NCBI GenBank assembly: GCA_963707915.1
Contig: OY970178.1
Span: forward strand, 1,920,001-1,984,000
Reading direction: 5' to 3'
Length of the DNA stretch: 64,000 nucleotides
Source: Candidatus Eiseniibacteriota bacterium
GTDB lineage: Bacteria; Eisenbacteria; RBG-16-71-46
The stretch's first letter is position 1; each line of letters opens with the position of its first letter. The translations under genes were made by a program, and so were the position numbers. This document shows positions 1 to 10,279 of this stretch, one piece after another. Under the pieces are notes generated by a model that was not told the origin of the DNA, made no database searches, and worked only from the letters and a program-made list of their open reading frames with translations.

Positions 1-696
1 GCCCGACCTGGAACCCCATCTCAGTCCTCCCGTCCGATTCGAGCCAGGCCCCGGCGAGCGCCAGGTCCTGCGCCGTCGTGATCTTGAAGTTGAGCGTGTC
101 GCCCTCGGTGACGAAGACCGCGTGGCCCAGCGCCTCCACCAGCGCCGCGTCGTCGGTCGCGGTGCCGCGCGCCGGCCGTGCGCCGCCTCGAGCCACTCGC
201 GCCGGAAGACCTGCGGCGTCTGCGCGCGCCACAGCGCCGCGCGCGGCACCGTGTCCTCGATCCGCCCCAGGCTCGCGCGCTTGAGCGTGTCCTCGAGCGG
301 CACCGCCGCGATCGCCGCGCCGTGGGTGACCGCGTCCGCCACCACGCGCGCGACCAGCGCCGGCGTGACCAGCGCGCGCGCCGAGTCGTGCACGGCCACC
401 AGGTCGAAGCCGGCCGGCAACGCGCGCAGGCCGCGCGCCACCGAGTCCTGCCGCGCCCGGCCGCCCTCGGTCCAGGCCACCACCTTGCCCGGACCGAAGC
501 CCGCCGCCGCGAGCACGTCCTGCAGCCGGCGCACCGGCCCGACCACCACGATGCCGTCCACCGCCGCGCAGCGCTCGAGCGCCTCCAGGCTCCAGAGGAA
601 GAGCGGCCGGCCGGCCAGCGGCACCAGCGCCTTCTCCACCCCCGCGCCGAGCCGCTCGCCCCGCCCCGCGCACAGCAGGATCGCCGCGGTGGTCAC
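1..696 (-). CDS. ispD: 2-C-methyl-D-erythritol 4-phosphate cytidylyltransferase IspD, running in frame into an IspF-like start (partial at window edge; one frameshift near ~170)
   Basis: Manual translation: GTG at 696, VTTAAILLCAGRGERLG...EK, GGRARQDSV, VHDSAR, QTPQVF; after a frame change near 170: ATDDAALVEALG...NFKITTAQDL...TEMGFQVG (IspF-like N-terminus) with no stop. Confidence 0.9.
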   Translation of the reverse strand, partial: MTTAAILLCAGRGERLGAGVEKALVPLAGRPLFLWSLEALERCAAVDGIVVVGPVRRLQDVLAAAGFGPGKVVAWTEGGRARQDSVARGLRALPAGFDLVAVHDSARALVTPALVARVVADAVTHGAAIAAVPLEDTLKRASLGRIEDTVPRAALWRAQTPQVFRREWLEAAHGRRAAPRPTTRRWWRRWATRSSSPRATRSTSRSRRRRTWRSPGPGSNRTGGLRWGSRSG

Positions 697-2197
697 GACC
701 GCCCTCCCGGCCGGGCCGGCGCGTCCCGGCGCGCGTCGCCCGCCGGCCCCTCCGGCGGCCGCACCTCGACCTTCGCCCCCAGCAGCTCCTCGATCGCCTC
801 GCGCACCGTGGCGACCGGCACCACCTCGATGCCCTCGGTGCGCGCGTCGGCGGCCTGCATGGCCGGGACCGCCGCGCGCCGGAAGCCGAGCGCGGCCGCC
901 TCGCGCACGCGGGCCTCGACCCGCGAGACCCGGCGCAGCTCGCCCGAGAGGCTCACCTCGCCCACCGCGAGCGTGCCCTCGAGCACCGGCCGGCTGCGGT
1001 AGCGACGAGGCCACCGCCAGCGCCAGCCCCAGGTCGGTCCCCGGGTCGTCGAGCGTGAGGCCGCCGGTCACCGCCACGAACACGTCGTGGCGGCCCAGCC
1101 GGAGGCCGACGCGGCGCTCGAGCACGGCGAGCAGCAGCGCGAGCCGCCGCGGGTCGAACCCGCTGGTGACGCGCTGCGGCGTGCCGTAGAACGAGGTCGC
1201 GACCAGCGCCTGCACCTCGACCAGCAGCGGGCGCGTGCCCTCGAGGCTCGCCACCACCGCCGTGCCCGGCTCCACGCCGCGGCGCTCCGGAGAGGAAGGC
1301 GAGGCTCGGGTTCGCCACCTCGCGCAGGCCGCCGTCGGTCATCTCGTAGACGCCCAGCTCGTTGGTGGAGCCGAAGCGGTTCTTGGCCGCCCGCAGCACG
1401 CGGTAGTGCTGGTAGCGCTCGCCCTCGAGGTAGAGCACCGCGTCCACCATGTGCTCGAGCACGCGCGGCCCCGCCACCGAGCCCTCCTTGGTGACGTGCC
1501 CGACCAGGAAGACCGCGGCCGACGAGCCCTTGGCGTAGTGCAGCAGCGCGAGCGCGCACTCGCGCACCTGCGAGACCGAGCCCGGGCCGCCGTCGAGGTC
1601 GGCGCGCGACAGCGTCTGGATGGAGTCGGCGACCAGCACGTCGGGCTGCACCTGCGCGGCCGCCTCGAGCACGGTCTCGAGGTCGGTCTCGGCCAGGATG
1701 AGCAGCGCCGCGGGGATCGGGCCCAGCCGGCCGGCGCGCAGCCGCACCTGCTCCACGCTCTCCTCGCCGGAGACGTAGAGCACCCGGCGGCCGGCCGCGG
1801 CGAGCGTCTCCGCCAGCTGCAGCATCAGCGTGCTCTTGCCGATGCCGGGGTCGCCGCCCACCAGCACGAGCGAGCCCGGCATCACGCCCCCGCCCAGCAC
1901 GCGGTCGAGCTCGCGCAGGCCCGAGGGCCAGCGGTGCGTGGCCGAGACCTCGACCTCGGCGAGCGGCCGCGGGCCCGCCCCGACCCCGGCGCCCGCCTTC
2001 GGCGCCCAGCGCGCGCGCGGGCCGCGGCCCGTCGCCGCGCTCCCCGCCGCCGCGGCCGGCGCCTCGGCCGCCGAGTTCCACGCCCCGCACGAGGGGCAGC
2101 GCCCGAACCAGCGCGCCTCCTCGTTGCCGCACGCGGTGCAGAAGAAGTGGGACTTCTCCGCCTTCGCCGGCTTCGCCGGCTTGGTCGCCCGGGCCAT
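693..2197 (-). CDS. radA: DNA repair protein RadA/Sms (two apparent frameshifts near ~1285 and ~1002)
   Basis: CxxC...CxxC zinc finger, Walker A GGDPGIGKST, KNRFG motif; C-terminal Lon-like part (EGTRPLLVEVQALV, GEVSLSGELR) lies in shifted frames. Confidence 0.92.
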
Positions 2198-3090
2198 CAG
2201 AACACCGAGAACCTGAAGTACTTCCGCGGATTCGCCTTGAGATCCGCGATCAACGCGCGCAGCTCCCGCACCGAGGCGTCCAGGTCCGCGTAGAGCCGCT
2301 CGTCCTTCACCAGCCGGCCGAGCGTGCCCTCGCCGCGGTCCAGCCGGGAGGCCGCGCCCTGCAGCGAGCCGCGCAGCGAATCGAGCTTGCCCGAGACCCG
2401 GTCGAGGTTCCCGGCCGCCGAGACGAAGTGGTCGAGCGCCGCGTCGAGGCTCTCCTCGCGGTCCACCACCAGCTTCTTCGCCGAGGTCGAGGTGGCCGAG
2501 ACGTTGGCCATGGTGGTGCGCAGCGCCTCGCGGTTCTCGGCCACCGCGCGCGACAGCTCCTCGCTGGCGCGCCGGAAGTTCTCGATCGACGAGGTCAGCC
2601 CGCCCCCCTGGTTCACCGCCACCGCCAGGCTGTCGAGCTGCCGCGCGATGGCCGCCACGCTGCCCGACGCCCGGCCCACGTCCGCCATCACCTCGGGCAG
2701 TCCCTTCTCGTAGACGCCCGGGATGGTGTCGCGCGGGCTCCACGGCTCGCCGGTGCCGCTGTAGTCCACCGCGATCACCTTGTCGCCCAGCATGCTGACG
2801 CTGCGGATCACGACCTTGCTGTCGCGCGTCAGCACGACGTCCCGCGACAGCGCGAGGTCGACGATCACGTGGTCGCCCACCAGCCGCAGGGACGTCACCG
2901 CGCCCTTGCGCACGCCGTTCACCTGGGCCTCGTTGCCCTCGGACAGCCCGCCGCCCTGCGGGAAGCTCACGTGCCAGGTGCGCTGGACGCGCGCCTTCGC
3001 GAGCGTGCTCAGCCAGGCGATCCCCCACAGCAGGATGGCGATCGCCACGAGCACCGTGATGCCGACCTGGATCTCCGTCTTCCGGCTCAT
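2197..3090 (-). CDS. mlaD: MCE/MlaD family lipid transport substrate-binding protein
   Basis: N-terminal [24 protein letters not shown] motif, helical tail ending GTLGRLVKD...NPRKY; follows mlaE/mlaF. Confidence 0.88.
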   Translation of the reverse strand: MSRKTEIQVGITVLVAIAILLWGIAWLSTLAKARVQRTWHVSFPQGGGLSEGNEAQVNGVRKGAVTSLRLVGDHVIVDLALSRDVVLTRDSKVVIRSVSMLGDKVIAVDYSGTGEPWSPRDTIPGVYEKGLPEVMADVGRASGSVAAIARQLDSLAVAVNQGGGLTSSIENFRRASEELSRAVAENREALRTTMANVSATSTSAKKLVVDREESLDAALDHFVSAAGNLDRVSGKLDSLRGSLQGAASRLDRGEGTLGRLVKDERLYADLDASVRELRALIADLKANPRKYFRFSVF

Positions 3091-3124
3091 GTCCGTGCTC
3101 TTCCCCCCGTCCGTCCCGGCCCGC

Positions 3125-3878
3125 CTACACCGGCTGGATCGGGCCCCGGCTCGAGCCCTCGATGAACTGCCGCATCATCGCATCGTCCGTGCGCCGTGTC
3201 TCCTCGGCCGTCCCGTCGAACACCACCCGGCCCTGGTAGAGCAGCACGATCCGGTCGCGCCACCGTGTAGGCGCTCCGGATGTCGTGCGTGACCACGACC
3301 GAGGTCACGCGGAGCCGCTTCTGCATCTCGCGGATCAGCTGGTTGATGACGTCCGCGGTGATCGGGTCGAGCCCGGTCGTGGGCTCGTCGTAGAGGACGT
3401 ACTCCGGGTCCATCGCCAGCGCCCGGGCCAGCCCCGCGCGCTTGCGCATGCCGCCCGACAGCGAGGCCGGCTTGAGCCCCACCGCCGACCTGGAGCCCCA
3501 CCCACTCGAGCCGCTCGTCCACGCGCCGGCGCACCTCCGCCTCGTCCAGGTCGCGCGCGTGCTCCAGCATCGCGCAGCGCCACGTTCTCGCCCACCGTCA
3601 TCGAGTCGAGCAGGGCCGCGCCCTGGAACAGCATCCCGAAGCGCCGGCGCACCGGGATCAACCGCTCCTCGCTCAGGCCCACGATCTCCTCGCCGTCGAT
3701 GCGGATCGAGCCCCGGTCGGGCTTGCGTCAGCCCGATGATGTGCTTCAGCAGCACGCTCTTGCCGGTGCCGCTCGGCCCCAGGATCACCAGCGTCTCGCC
3801 GGCGCGCACGTCAAGGTCGAGGTCCAGGAGGACCTGCTTGCGGCCGAAGCGCTTCGCCAGCCCGCGGATCTCGATCAT
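3125..3878 (-). CDS. mlaF: MlaF-like ABC transporter ATP-binding protein (four apparent frameshifts near ~3725, ~3575, ~3490, ~3258)
   Basis: Pieces in different frames: [55 protein letters not shown]. Confidence 0.88.
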
Positions 3879-4690
3879 GCGAAGATCATCCGGAACAGCA
3901 CCGAGGCCAGGATGAAGTCGAGGATCAGGATCAGCACGCAGGAGCTCACCACCGCCATGGTGGTGGCCCGGCCCACGCCCTCGGCGCCGCCCTCGGTCTG
4001 GAAGCCGTGGTAGCAGCCCATCATGCCGATGATGCTGCCGAAGAACACCGCCTTCACCAGCCCCGAGAGCAGATCCTTCATCCGGAAGAACTCCTGCAGG
4101 CCCTGCAGGTAGATCGGCGACGGCACCTGCAGCGTCGTCACCGCCACCACGTAGCCGCCGAGGATGGCGATCGCGTCGGCGTAGATGGTGAGCACCGGCA
4201 GCATGAGGATCGCCGCCAGCACGCGCGGCGCCACCAGGTAGCGCGTCGGGTTGATGCCCATCGCGCGCAGCGCGTCGATCTGCTCGGTGACCTTCATGGT
4301 GCCCAGTTCGGCGGCGATCGAGGCGCCCACGCGGCCGCCGATCACCAGCGCGGTGAGCACCGGGCCGAGCTCGATCACCACCGAGCGCAGGATGACGCCG
4401 CTCAGGTACTTGAGCGGCACCACCGAGGTGAACTGGTAGGCCGCCTGCACCGCGGCCACGGCGCCGGTGAACAGGCTCACCACGATGACCAGCCAGAGCG
4501 AGTCCACGCCGATCGCGCTCATCTGCTGCGTGACCAGCCGGGCCGCCGGGAGCCGCCGCGAGCCGGCGCGGGTGGTCTCCAGCATCATGCTCGAGACGCG
4601 GCCGACCTCCGAGAGCCAGTCGCCCAGCCGCGCGCCCGCGTAGCGGAAGCCCTTGAGGGCGATGTCGTCGGGGGTCACGCCGTTCGGCAT
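3875..4690 (-). CDS. mlaE: MlaE-like ABC transporter permease
   Basis: ELGPVLTAL...[34 protein letters not shown] motifs. Confidence 0.93.
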   Translation of the reverse strand: MPNGVTPDDIALKGFRYAGARLGDWLSEVGRVSSMMLETTRAGSRRLPAARLVTQQMSAIGVDSLWLVIVVSLFTGAVAAVQAAYQFTSVVPLKYLSGVILRSVVIELGPVLTALVIGGRVGASIAAELGTMKVTEQIDALRAMGINPTRYLVAPRVLAAILMLPVLTIYADAIAILGGYVVAVTTLQVPSPIYLQGLQEFFRMKDLLSGLVKAVFFGSIIGMMGCYHGFQTEGGAEGVGRATTMAVVSSCVLILILDFILASVLFRMIFA

Positions 4691-4693
4691 GGG

Positions 4694-6085
4694 CTAGAAC
4701 TCCGGCGAGGTCTCGCCCTCGAACGACGGGGAATACGGGACGAACTTGGTGCTCTCGCGCAGGAACGTGAGCTTCACCTTGCCGGTCGGGCCGTTGCGCT
4801 GCTTGGCGATGATGATCTCCGCCTTGTTCGGCTCCGCTTCCTCGTTGTAGAGGATCTCGCGGTAGACGAACAGCACGAGGTCCGCGTCCTGCTCGATGCT
4901 GCCGCTCTCCCTCAGGTCCGAGAGCTGGGGGCGGCCGGTCTTGTCGCGGGTCTCGACGGCGCGCGAGAGCTGCGACAGGGCCAGGATGGGGATGTTGAGC
5001 TCCTTCGCCAGGCTCTTGAGCCCGCGGGTGATCTCGGAGATCTCCTGCACGCGGTTCTCGACCTTGACGCTCGAGCGGATGAGCTGCAGGTAGTCGATGA
5101 TCAGCATCCCGAGCCGGTTCTCCGCGCGCAGGCGGCGGCACTTGGCGCGGATCTCCATCAGGGTCGCGGCCGGCGAGTCGTCGATCAGGATGGGCGCGTC
5201 GTTGAGCAGGCCCGCGGCGGTGGTGAGCCGGGGCCAGTCCTCGTTGGTCAGCCGCCCGCTGCGCACGCGGTGCAGGTTGATGCCGCCCTGCGAGCAGAGC
5301 AGCCGCTGCGCCAGCTGCTCCTTGCTCATCTCGAGCGAGAAGACCGCGACCGGCACGCGCTCGTGCTTGCCGGTCGGGATGGCGGCGTTCTCGGCGAAGT
5401 TCAGCGCCAGCGCGCTCTTCCCCGCGCCCGGCCGCCCGGCCACGATCACCAGGTCGCTGTTCTGGAAGCCGGCGGTCAGCTCGTCCAGCTCGCTGTACCC
5501 GGTGGGCACGCCGGTCACCAGCGCCTGGCGCTCGAACATCCGCTGGATGTGCTCGAACGAGGGCTTGAGCAGGTCGCGCACCAGCACGAACCCGGCCCGC
5601 ACGCGCTGGTCGGTGATGGCGAAGATCTTCTGCTCCGCGCGGTCGAGGATGGCGGGCGTCTCGTCGCCGGCGGCGAAGGCCTCCTGCTGGATCTCGGTCG
5701 AGGCCTTGATGAGCTGCCGCAGGATGGCCTTCGAGTGGATGATGCGGATGTGGTGGTCGAGGTTCGCGGTGGTGCTCGCGTACTCGAGGATCTGCGCGAG
5801 CGCGGGCGGCCCGCCCACCGCCTCGAGCTCGCCGCGCTTGCGCAGCTCCTCCGAGAGCGTGACCAGGTCCGGCTTCTCGTTGCGCTCGTAGAGCGCGACG
5901 ATGGCCTCGTAGATCTTCTGGTGCGAGGTGCGGTAGAAGACCTTCGCGTCGATGGTCTCGACCGCGCGGCCGATGGCCTCGGCGTCGAGCAGCAGCGCCG
6001 CCAGCACCGAACGCTCGGCGTCGAGCGCCTGCGGCGGGGTCAGGGCTTCGCCGAACGACGCGGGGCCCGACATCGAGTCACTCAT
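4694..6085 (-). CDS. dnaB: Replicative DNA helicase
   Basis: [59 protein letters not shown]; no intein seen. Confidence 0.97.
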   Translation of the reverse strand: MSDSMSGPASFGEALTPPQALDAERSVLAALLLDAEAIGRAVETIDAKVFYRTSHQKIYEAIVALYERNEKPDLVTLSEELRKRGELEAVGGPPALAQILEYASTTANLDHHIRIIHSKAILRQLIKASTEIQQEAFAAGDETPAILDRAEQKIFAITDQRVRAGFVLVRDLLKPSFEHIQRMFERQALVTGVPTGYSELDELTAGFQNSDLVIVAGRPGAGKSALALNFAENAAIPTGKHERVPVAVFSLEMSKEQLAQRLLCSQGGINLHRVRSGRLTNEDWPRLTTAAGLLNDAPILIDDSPAATLMEIRAKCRRLRAENRLGMLIIDYLQLIRSSVKVENRVQEISEITRGLKSLAKELNIPILALSQLSRAVETRDKTGRPQLSDLRESGSIEQDADLVLFVYREILYNEEAEPNKAEIIIAKQRNGPTGKVKLTFLRESTKFVPYSPSFEGETSPEF

Positions 6086-6120
6086 GGCTGCTCCTCAACG
6101 CGGTCGCGCCCGGCGGGGCG

Positions 6121-6969
6121 TCAATCCGTCGGGTACTCGCGCGCCAGCAACTGCATGTCCTCCCACACCGGGCGCTTGAACTCCGGGTTCCGCAGCACCG
6201 CCGCGGGATGGTAGGTCACGATCAGCTTGGCGCCGCGGAAGCGGTGGACCTGGTTGCGCATGCTCCCGAGCGTCGCCTTGACGCCGAGCAGGTGCTCGCC
6301 CGCGGTCTTGCCCAGGCAGCAGACGATGCGCGGCTGGAGCACGTCGAGCTGGCGGTGCAGGAAGGGCGACGACTGCTCGACCTCGTGCGGCAGCGGCACG
6401 CGGTTCTCGGGCGGGCGGCAGTGGAGCACGTTGCCGATGAACACGGTCCGGCGGTCGAGCGGCACGCCCGGGATGAGGTGCGCGTCGTCCATCGCCTTGA
6501 TGATCTTGTCGAGCAGCTGCCCGCCCCGGCCCACGAACGGCTCGCCCAGGCGGTCCTCGTCGGCGCCCGGCGCCTCGCCGACGAAGACGATGCCGGAGAG
6601 GGCCGTCCCCACGCCGGGCACGGCCTGGTTGCGCGTCTCGCACAGGCCGCACTGCCGGCAGGCCCGCACCTCGGCGGCGATCTGCTCGAGCACCGGCGCC
6701 GCCGCCGCCGCGATGGCCCGCCGCGGGGCGAGGTCGGGCGCCGGCGGCGCGGCGACGGGCGGCGCGACCGGCGCGCGCACCGCGGCCCGTGGCGCCGCTT
6801 CGGGCCGCGCGGCCGGCACGGGCGGCGGGACCGCCGCCACGGGCTTCGCGGCCGACGGCCGCTTCACGCGCGCGACCAGCTCGGCGTTGCCCGCGGCCCG
6901 CTCGAGCTCGAGATGCCGCCGCACGCTGCGCACGACGGCCGCGGCCTCCTTCCTCGGGTCGTCGCTCAT
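6121..6969 (-). CDS. Uracil-DNA glycosylase family 4 with Pro/Ala-rich N-terminal linker
   Basis: CRQCGL, FVGEAPGADED...PFVG, CRPPENR, TYHPAAVLRNP; ATG 6969 overlaps coaBC stop. Confidence 0.9.
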   Translation of the reverse strand: MSDDPRKEAAAVVRSVRRHLELERAAGNAELVARVKRPSAAKPVAAVPPPVPAARPEAAPRAAVRAPVAPPVAAPPAPDLAPRRAIAAAAAPVLEQIAAEVRACRQCGLCETRNQAVPGVGTALSGIVFVGEAPGADEDRLGEPFVGRGGQLLDKIIKAMDDAHLIPGVPLDRRTVFIGNVLHCRPPENRVPLPHEVEQSSPFLHRQLDVLQPRIVCCLGKTAGEHLLGVKATLGSMRNQVHRFRGAKLIVTYHPAAVLRNPEFKRPVWEDMQLLAREYPTD

Positions 6970-8351
6970 CGCCCCTTCCCGCCGCGCTTCGGCTTCGCGG
7001 ACGCACGCCCGGCCTTCGCGGCCACGCGCCCCGCCTTCGCGGCCACGCGCCCCGCCTTCGCGGACGCGGCGACGGCCTTCGCCGCAGGCCGGCGCGCCGC
7101 GCGCAGCTCGAGCACGCGGTCGAGGATCGCCTCGGCGACCTCGCGCTTGCTCTGCTCGGGCAGCTCGCGCGCGGTGCGCGCCTCGACCAGCGTCACCACG
7201 GTGGTCTCGCCGCCGATGCCCTGGTCGGGCGCGTTGAGCGCCACCAGGTCGAGCCCCTTGGCCGCGAGCTTCTCGCGCGCCCGCGCCAGCCCGCGCGAGG
7301 TCTCCAGCGCGAACCCGACGAACACCTGTCCCGGCCGGCGTGCCGCGGTGAGGCCCGCGAGGATGTCGGGGTTGGGCTCGAGCGCCAGCGTCACCGGCGC
7401 CGCGCCGCGCTTGAGCTTCTCGCGCGCCGCGCGGGCCGGCCGGTAGTCGGCCACCGCCGCGGCCATCAGCACCACGTCCGCGCGGGCCGCCGCGCGCTTC
7501 ATCGCGCGCTCCATCTCGAGCGCGGTCGTCACGGTCGCCAGCGCCACGCCCAGCGGCGGCTCGATGCTCGCGGGCCCGGCGACCAGCGTCACCTCGGCCC
7601 CGCGGTCGCGCGCCGCCTCGGCCAGCGCGAAGCCCATGCGCCCGCTCGAGCGGTTGGTGAGCACGCGCACCGGGTCGATCGGCTCCTCGGTGCGCCCCGC
7701 GCCGACCAGCACGCGCACGCCCGCGAGGCCCGCGCGCCGCGCCGCCACGCGCTCGACCGCCGCGCCGATCTCCTCGATCTCGGCCAGCCGTCCCGGCCCC
7801 ACCAGCCCCGAGGCCAGCTCGCCGCTCGCCGGGCCGACGATGACCGCGCCGCGGCGGCGCAGCACCTGCACGTTCTCCTGGGTCGCCGGGTGGCGCCACA
7901 TGCCGAAGTCCATCGAGGGGCAGACCACCAGCCGCGCGCGGCTCGCCAGCACGATGGTGGTGAGCGCATCGGGCGTTTCGCCGTGCACCAGCCGCGCCAT
8001 CAGGTGCGCGGTGGCCGGCGCCAGCACCACGACGTCGGCGGCCTCGGCCAGGTCGATGTGCCCCACCTTGCCGGTGGTCTTGCGGCGCGCGGCCTCCGGC
8101 AGCACCAGCTCGTGCTTCTGCTCGTCCCAGAGCGTGGTGATGACCGGGTTGCCCGACAGCGCCTCGAAGGTGAGCGGCGTGACGAAGCGCTCGGCCGACG
8201 GGGTCATGACCACGACCACCGCGGCCTCGCGGCGTCGTAGCCAGCGCACCAGCTCGCAGGTCTTGTAGGCGGCGATGCCGCCCGAGACCCCGACCAGGAC
8301 GGTGCGGCCGCGCAGCACGGCGGGCCTAGGCTTCGGGCGCCGGAGTGTCAT
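6966..8351 (-). CDS. coaBC: Bifunctional phosphopantothenoylcysteine decarboxylase/ligase
   Basis: GVSGGIAAYK, HIDLA...APATA, TEEPIDPVR...NRSSGRMG, AAAVADY, VGFALET. Confidence 0.95.
   Translation of the reverse strand: MTLRRPKPRPAVLRGRTVLVGVSGGIAAYKTCELVRWLRRREAAVVVVMTPSAERFVTPLTFEALSGNPVITTLWDEQKHELVLPEAARRKTTGKVGHIDLAEAADVVVLAPATAHLMARLVHGETPDALTTIVLASRARLVVCPSMDFGMWRHPATQENVQVLRRRGAVIVGPASGELASGLVGPGRLAEIEEIGAAVERVAARRAGLAGVRVLVGAGRTEEPIDPVRVLTNRSSGRMGFALAEAARDRGAEVTLVAGPASIEPPLGVALATVTTALEMERAMKRAAARADVVLMAAAVADYRPARAAREKLKRGAAPVTLALEPNPDILAGLTAARRPGQVFVGFALETSRGLARAREKLAAKGLDLVALNAPDQGIGGETTVVTLVEARTARELPEQSKREVAEAILDRVLELRAARRPAAKAVAASAKAGRVAAKAGRVAAKAGRASAKPKRGGKGR
7012..7082. repeat. 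21-bp coding tandem repeat giving an (AAKAGRV)n basic tail on CoaBC
   Basis: gccttcgcggccacgcgcccc repeated; protein ends ASAKAGRVAAKAGRVAAKAGRASAKPKRGGKGR. Confidence 0.7.
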
Positions 8352-8535
8352 CGTAGAGGAACGGGACCTCCTGGCGGATCGTGCGCTCGAGCGCGGTGGC
8401 CGTCACCTTGCCGATGATGTTCTCGCCGGTGCGGCGCGACCAGTCGTTCAGCCGGCGCGCCTCGCGCGAGGCGATGATGCAGAGCTCGTACTTGTTCGAG
8501 CCCCGGGGCGGGATCAGCGATGCGAGCTTCGTCAT
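8326..8535 (-). CDS. rpoZ: RNA polymerase omega subunit
   Basis: NKYELCIIASREARRLN motif; canonical position gmk-rpoZ-coaBC. Confidence 0.85.
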   Translation of the reverse strand: MTKLASLIPPRGSNKYELCIIASREARRLNDWSRRTGENIIGKVTATALERTIRQEVPFLYDDTPAPEA

Positions 8536-8569
8536 GGGAGGCGTTTCTCCTCGTTGAGGGTCGTGGGTC

Positions 8570-9241
8570 TCAGGTCGCAGGCTGCAGGCGCCGCACGCGG
8601 GCGCGCTCGGCGTCCACGATCGCGGTCAGGCGGGCGACCGCCTGCTCCAGGTCGTCGTTCACCACCAGGTAGTCGTATTCGCGCCACTCGGCCAGCTCGC
8701 CGGGGGCGTTCTTGAGCCGCGTCTCGACCACGTCGGGCGCGTCGGTGCCGCGCTTGAGCAGCCGCTTGCGCAGCGCGTCGATCGAGGGCGGGTGGACGAA
8801 CACCGAGACCGCGTCCTTGCGCGCGCGGCGCACGCTGGCGCCGCCCTGCACGTCCACGTCGAGCACCACCACGCGGCCGGCCTGCACCTGCTCGTCCACG
8901 AACCTCGCCGGCGTGGCGTAGAGGTGGTTGTGCACCTCGGCCCACTCGAGGAAGCGCCCCGCCGAGCGGCGCCGCTCGAACTCCTCGCGCGCGACGAACT
9001 CGTACTGCACGCCGTCCTCCTCGGTCGAGCGCCGCGGGCGCGTGGTCGCCGAGATCGAGAACACGCACTCCGGCCGCGCGGCCACCAGCCGGTCCACCAG
9101 CGTGCCCTTCCCGGCGCCGCTCGGCCCCGAGAGCACCAGCAGGAAGCCGCCGGGCGCGAAGCGGAACGGCGCGCCGCCCGCCGGCTCCGCCGCAGCGGCC
9201 CGCGTGCCTGGCATGTCGGGACCCGGTGCCAGCACGCTCAC
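8570..9241 (-). CDS. gmk: Guanylate kinase (start could instead be ATG 9214)
   Basis: LSGPSGAGKGT, SISATTRPRR, FLEWAEVH, DVDVQG, YDYLVVNDDL. Confidence 0.95.
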   Translation of the reverse strand: MSVLAPGPDMPGTRAAAAEPAGGAPFRFAPGGFLLVLSGPSGAGKGTLVDRLVAARPECVFSISATTRPRRSTEEDGVQYEFVAREEFERRRSAGRFLEWAEVHNHLYATPARFVDEQVQAGRVVVLDVDVQGGASVRRARKDAVSVFVHPPSIDALRKRLLKRGTDAPDVVETRLKNAPGELAEWREYDYLVVNDDLEQAVARLTAIVDAERARVRRLQPAT

Positions 9242-10116
9242 TCCACGTTCTGCACCTGCTCGCGCAGGCGCTCGATCTCTTCCTTCATCACGATCACCGC
9301 GCGCGCCACCTCGACGTCGTTGGCCTTCGAGCCGATGGTGTTGGCCTCGCGGTTCATCTCCTGCAGCAGGAAGTTGAGCTTGCGGCCGGCCTGCTCGGGG
9401 CCGTCGATCAGCGAGTGGAACTGGTCCAGGTGGGCCGAGAGCCGCACGCACTCCTCGGTGAAGTCGAGGCGGTCGGCCATCATCGCGACCTCCTGGGCGA
9501 CCCGCACCGGGTCCATCTCGATGTCGGCGAGCAGCACCTTGAGGCGCGCCATCAGGCGCTCCTTGGCCTCGAGCGGGCGCTGCGGCGCGCGCTCGGCCAC
9601 CACGTCGAGCTGCTCGCGCACCAGCTTGAGCCGCTGCACCGAGTCCTTCGCCAGCGCCTGGCCCTCGCGCGCCTTCATCACGTCCATGCTGTCGCAGGCG
9701 CGGGTCACCAGGTCCTTGACCACCGCCCAGGTGTCCTCGTCCGAGAGCGCGGTGTGCTCCCAGGCGAAGACGTCGGGCAGCGCGGCCAGGGTGCGCAGGT
9801 CGAGCCCGCTGTCGAGGTGGTAGCGCGTCCGCAGCTTCTCGAGCAGGGCGACGTAGCGGTCGGCCACCAGCTCGTTGACCTTCAGCTCCTCGCCGGTCTC
9901 GCCCGCGCCCGACCAGGTGATGGTCAGGTTGAACTTGCCGCGCGAGAAACGGTCGGCGATGAGCTGGCGGATGCGGTCCTCGAACAGGCTCACCACCTTG
10001 GGCGAGCGCAGCGAGACTTCGCAGAAACGGTGGTTCACCGACCGGATCTCTGCGGTCAGACTCAAGCCGTCGCGGTCCAGCTCGGCCGAGCCGAACCCGG
10101 TCATGCTTCGGATCAT
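9238..10116 (-). CDS. yicC: YicC/YloC family endoribonuclease
   Basis: MIRSMTGFG, SVNHRF, GRKLNFLLQEMNREANTIGSK, IERLREQVQNVE; GGAGG RBS. Confidence 0.95.
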   Translation of the reverse strand: MIRSMTGFGSAELDRDGLSLTAEIRSVNHRFCEVSLRSPKVVSLFEDRIRQLIADRFSRGKFNLTITWSGAGETGEELKVNELVADRYVALLEKLRTRYHLDSGLDLRTLAALPDVFAWEHTALSDEDTWAVVKDLVTRACDSMDVMKAREGQALAKDSVQRLKLVREQLDVVAERAPQRPLEAKERLMARLKVLLADIEMDPVRVAQEVAMMADRLDFTEECVRLSAHLDQFHSLIDGPEQAGRKLNFLLQEMNREANTIGSKANDVEVARAVIVMKEEIERLREQVQNVE

Positions 10117-10140
10117 GGGAACCTCCTGCGGGGAGCGGCC

Positions 10141-10170
10141 AAAGTAGGCTACCGGGGTCCGAAAAGTCAA
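10141..10170 (-). promoter_or_regulatory. Putative sigma70 promoter for the yicC...ispD operon
   Basis: TTGACT-N18-TACTTT, 24 nt upstream of the yicC ATG. Confidence 0.55.
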
Positions 10171-10279
10171 AGCAGTGGCGCGATTTGCGGGGGATTTCGC
10201 CGATCCGCGCACGGCCGCGGTCGCCCACCGGGTTTCCACCGGCGCGTGGGGATAGCGGCCGGAGAGGCCGCGGGAGCGC

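Noticed and set aside
693..3878. radA and mlaF as pseudogenes or programmed frameshifts
   Set aside because: Motifs intact, no slippery sites seen, indels clustered; assembly error is more likely.
4694..6085. Intein in dnaB
   Set aside because: Normal length (463 aa) with contiguous motifs.
953..9241. Apparent fusions in the ORF track (mlaD-radA, dnaB-mlaF, coaBC-udg, yicC-gmk)
   Set aside because: Upstream parts are off-frame translations of the neighbouring gene; real starts overlap the preceding stop codons.
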